This document shows positions 26,701 to 27,136 of a stretch of 27,136 nt of DNA, one piece after another (position 1 is the first letter of the stretch; the number at the start of each line of letters is the position of its first letter). The position numbers and the translations under genes were made by a program. The stretch covers positions 1 to 27,136 of the forward strand of contig JAPDJY010000061.1 of NCBI GenBank assembly GCA_029258835.1, read 5' to 3'. The DNA comes from Thermoproteota archaeon (GTDB lineage Archaea; Asgardarchaeota; Jordiarchaeia; Jordiarchaeales; Freyrarchaeaceae). The notes beneath the pieces are model-generated. The model searched no databases. It was not told the DNA's origin and was given only the letters and a program-made list of their open reading frames with translations.

Positions 26701-27136
26701 GCTTGTTGAGGGGGTTGGAAGGGTGGAGGAGGTTGTTAACGGCCTCCTCGAAAAGGTTAACATGAGGTGTAGGATCAGGGTTGTTGGGGGCTACGACGAC
26801 GCAGGGGTGGACGCTGAGATAAGCGTTAGAGGGGGGCCCATGGTCAGCTTGTGGGCTATCAGCGGGGGGGAGCGCAGCATTTTCGCCATAGCGCTCATCG
26901 CAGCCCTCCAGAGGGATTCACGCGTCCCACTAGCTGTTTTCGACGAACCGACGAAGCACCTCGACTTTGCACGCAGCGACCTTGCAGGCAGGATACTGAG
27001 GGAGGCGGCGAGGGGGGAAGTTCAGGAGGTGGTCAGGGTTTTGGAGGAGAAGAAAAGGGAGCACCTTGCCATGCTTGTTGAGGGGGTTGGAAGGGTGGAG
27101 GAGGTTGTTAACGGCCTCCTCGAAAAGGTTAACATG
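23792..27136 (+). CDS. SMC-family ATPase with SMC5/6-type motifs (hinge-containing), C-terminus missing or misassembled
   Basis: Open frame from TTG 23792 to the window end, read codon by codon. MRLRKITMKNF, Walker A GENGVGKT, Q-loop GVDPDNPLVFIPQDKI, coiled coil, hinge VDGPLLKVIDVPEEYAEAVEAVFGRNLLAF...VTLKGE, coiled coil, signature ISGGERS (26858-26878), Walker B/D-loop AVFDEPTKHLD. Confidence 0.92.
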   Translation, partial: MRLRKITMKNFLAYEYEEVEVAEEGLMVFVGENGVGKTSIASALRFCLGSNQKDQRYRTWGDFIHNRRGARRGWVELVFEGDGERVALRREVRRGLPPRFYVDGRRATAEEVRGIVQGRIGVDPDNPLVFIPQDKIDAVVTERRPEVLRDFVEELIGLAESRRIIGLREGEVRELVAAEERLKADLKTIQERKAALTPELERLEKKRRVEERLRVLEGETLWSMVEEAEARLKSLLKREAEASASVEDAYRRFKEEAGRVEKVKGRVEEAKRRIDKLEGEMRRVEEEVAELKLQLKNVMGERRSAVETLEKGERRLEEVRRRVEDLRKKMGGVKGEEERLEAEVEELTARSSELLELIKKCSQGKREFRWWEEEWIKTREALARAEEALREVEGEERRVGEGLERIRVEIALCSERIARLAEKLEGYREEELKGRREELEVERKTLMGEELEVAREVEMVDAAIRELEGKVRDVGARIPEQVRRLEEEVRARGMTVDGPLLKVIDVPEEYAEAVEAVFGRNLLAFVAFSKPDFQVLKELRRRHDAWCTIYMPRQGGEEERMSIEGEGVIGWLDEVVRFPSRVKNVVRDIGGRALLVRDYRTALMLSERHRDVKFVTLKGEVIESRRNVVRSPYRKPLNLLGVKRIEEELAAARRRKEELEGRLRGIRERLGEVEREVKRVDEKLRILPEWRRMLEEKVSLEEEERRMRGEADRLAARAGEARREVEEWREKLKEVEARKPESYAKLEEEERRAQDELGEVNARLRALERKLRRVRGEREGIAVRLREAELEEEALARNLEVLRDAIRGSDEKARVITERIEELSEERRMLDEERRRLKEEREGLLRELGRLDEKVRRMERELGDRRGELARLREEAEVVRKEVERWRGEAVSRGIKRPEVIRPLPEIERERAFLEEELSKLADVGEDVLEEFSELERRMAEVSAKLEEVRGEVQEVVRVLEEKKREHLAMLVEGVGRVEEVVNGLLEKVNMRCRIRVVGGYDDAGVDAEISVRGGPMVSLWAISGGERSIFAIALIAALQRDSRVPLAVFDEPTKHLDFARSDLAGRILREAARGEVQEVVRVLEEKKREHLAMLVEGVGRVEEVVNGLLEKVNM
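27010..27136 (+). repeat. Exact 127-bp direct repeat of 26638-26764 at the window end
   Basis: GAGGGGGGAAGTTCAGGAGG...AAGGTTAACATG is identical in both places. The offset is 372 bp, so the copy is in frame. Confidence 0.95.

Noticed and set aside
24139-27081. Several Ser/Leu/Pro-rich minus-strand ORFs and the 76-aa + ORF at 26851
   Set aside because: They are shadows of the Glu/Arg-rich SMC reading frame.
23792-27136. Rad50/SbcC assignment
   Set aside because: There is no central CxxC zinc hook, a globular hinge is present, and no mre11 is adjacent upstream.

Overview
Archaeal DNA, most likely a thermophilic Asgard archaeon. This is inferred from several Roadblock/LC7 and longin proteins, a Tat-less reductive dehalogenase, a single-OB SSB, TATA/BRE promoters and heavy AGG/ATA codon use. 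(1) Bases 1-6.8 kb are an AT-richer, partly decaying signalling region. It holds 5'-truncated P1B-ATPase and NikR remnants flanking a VapBC pair, three Roadblock paralogues (two frameshifted), a longin-Roadblock fusion, two V4R-like proteins, a wHTH regulator, and a perfect (CAAAA)24 microsatellite in a divergent promoter. (2) Bases 7-19.4 kb encode RdhA, an acyl-CoA ligase, a doubly frameshifted MNT-HEPN pair, a GNAT, a KaiC-like ATPase with its partner, CysS, a Regnase-type NYN nuclease, SSB, an OYE-family oxidoreductase and a PIN pseudogene. (3) From 19.5 kb to the end is a tightly coupled operon: MoxR AAA+, HEXXH-peptidase/VWA, a catalytically dead and frameshifted Cdc48/Vps4-type AAA, and a >1070-aa SMC protein with SMC5/6-type motifs. 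The SMC gene is missing from the supplied ORF track because it has no stop in the window. This operon is the best candidate for a poorly described system. The last 127 bp exactly duplicate 26638-26764 and are probably an assembly loop. All family calls come from motif recognition by eye; no searches were run.
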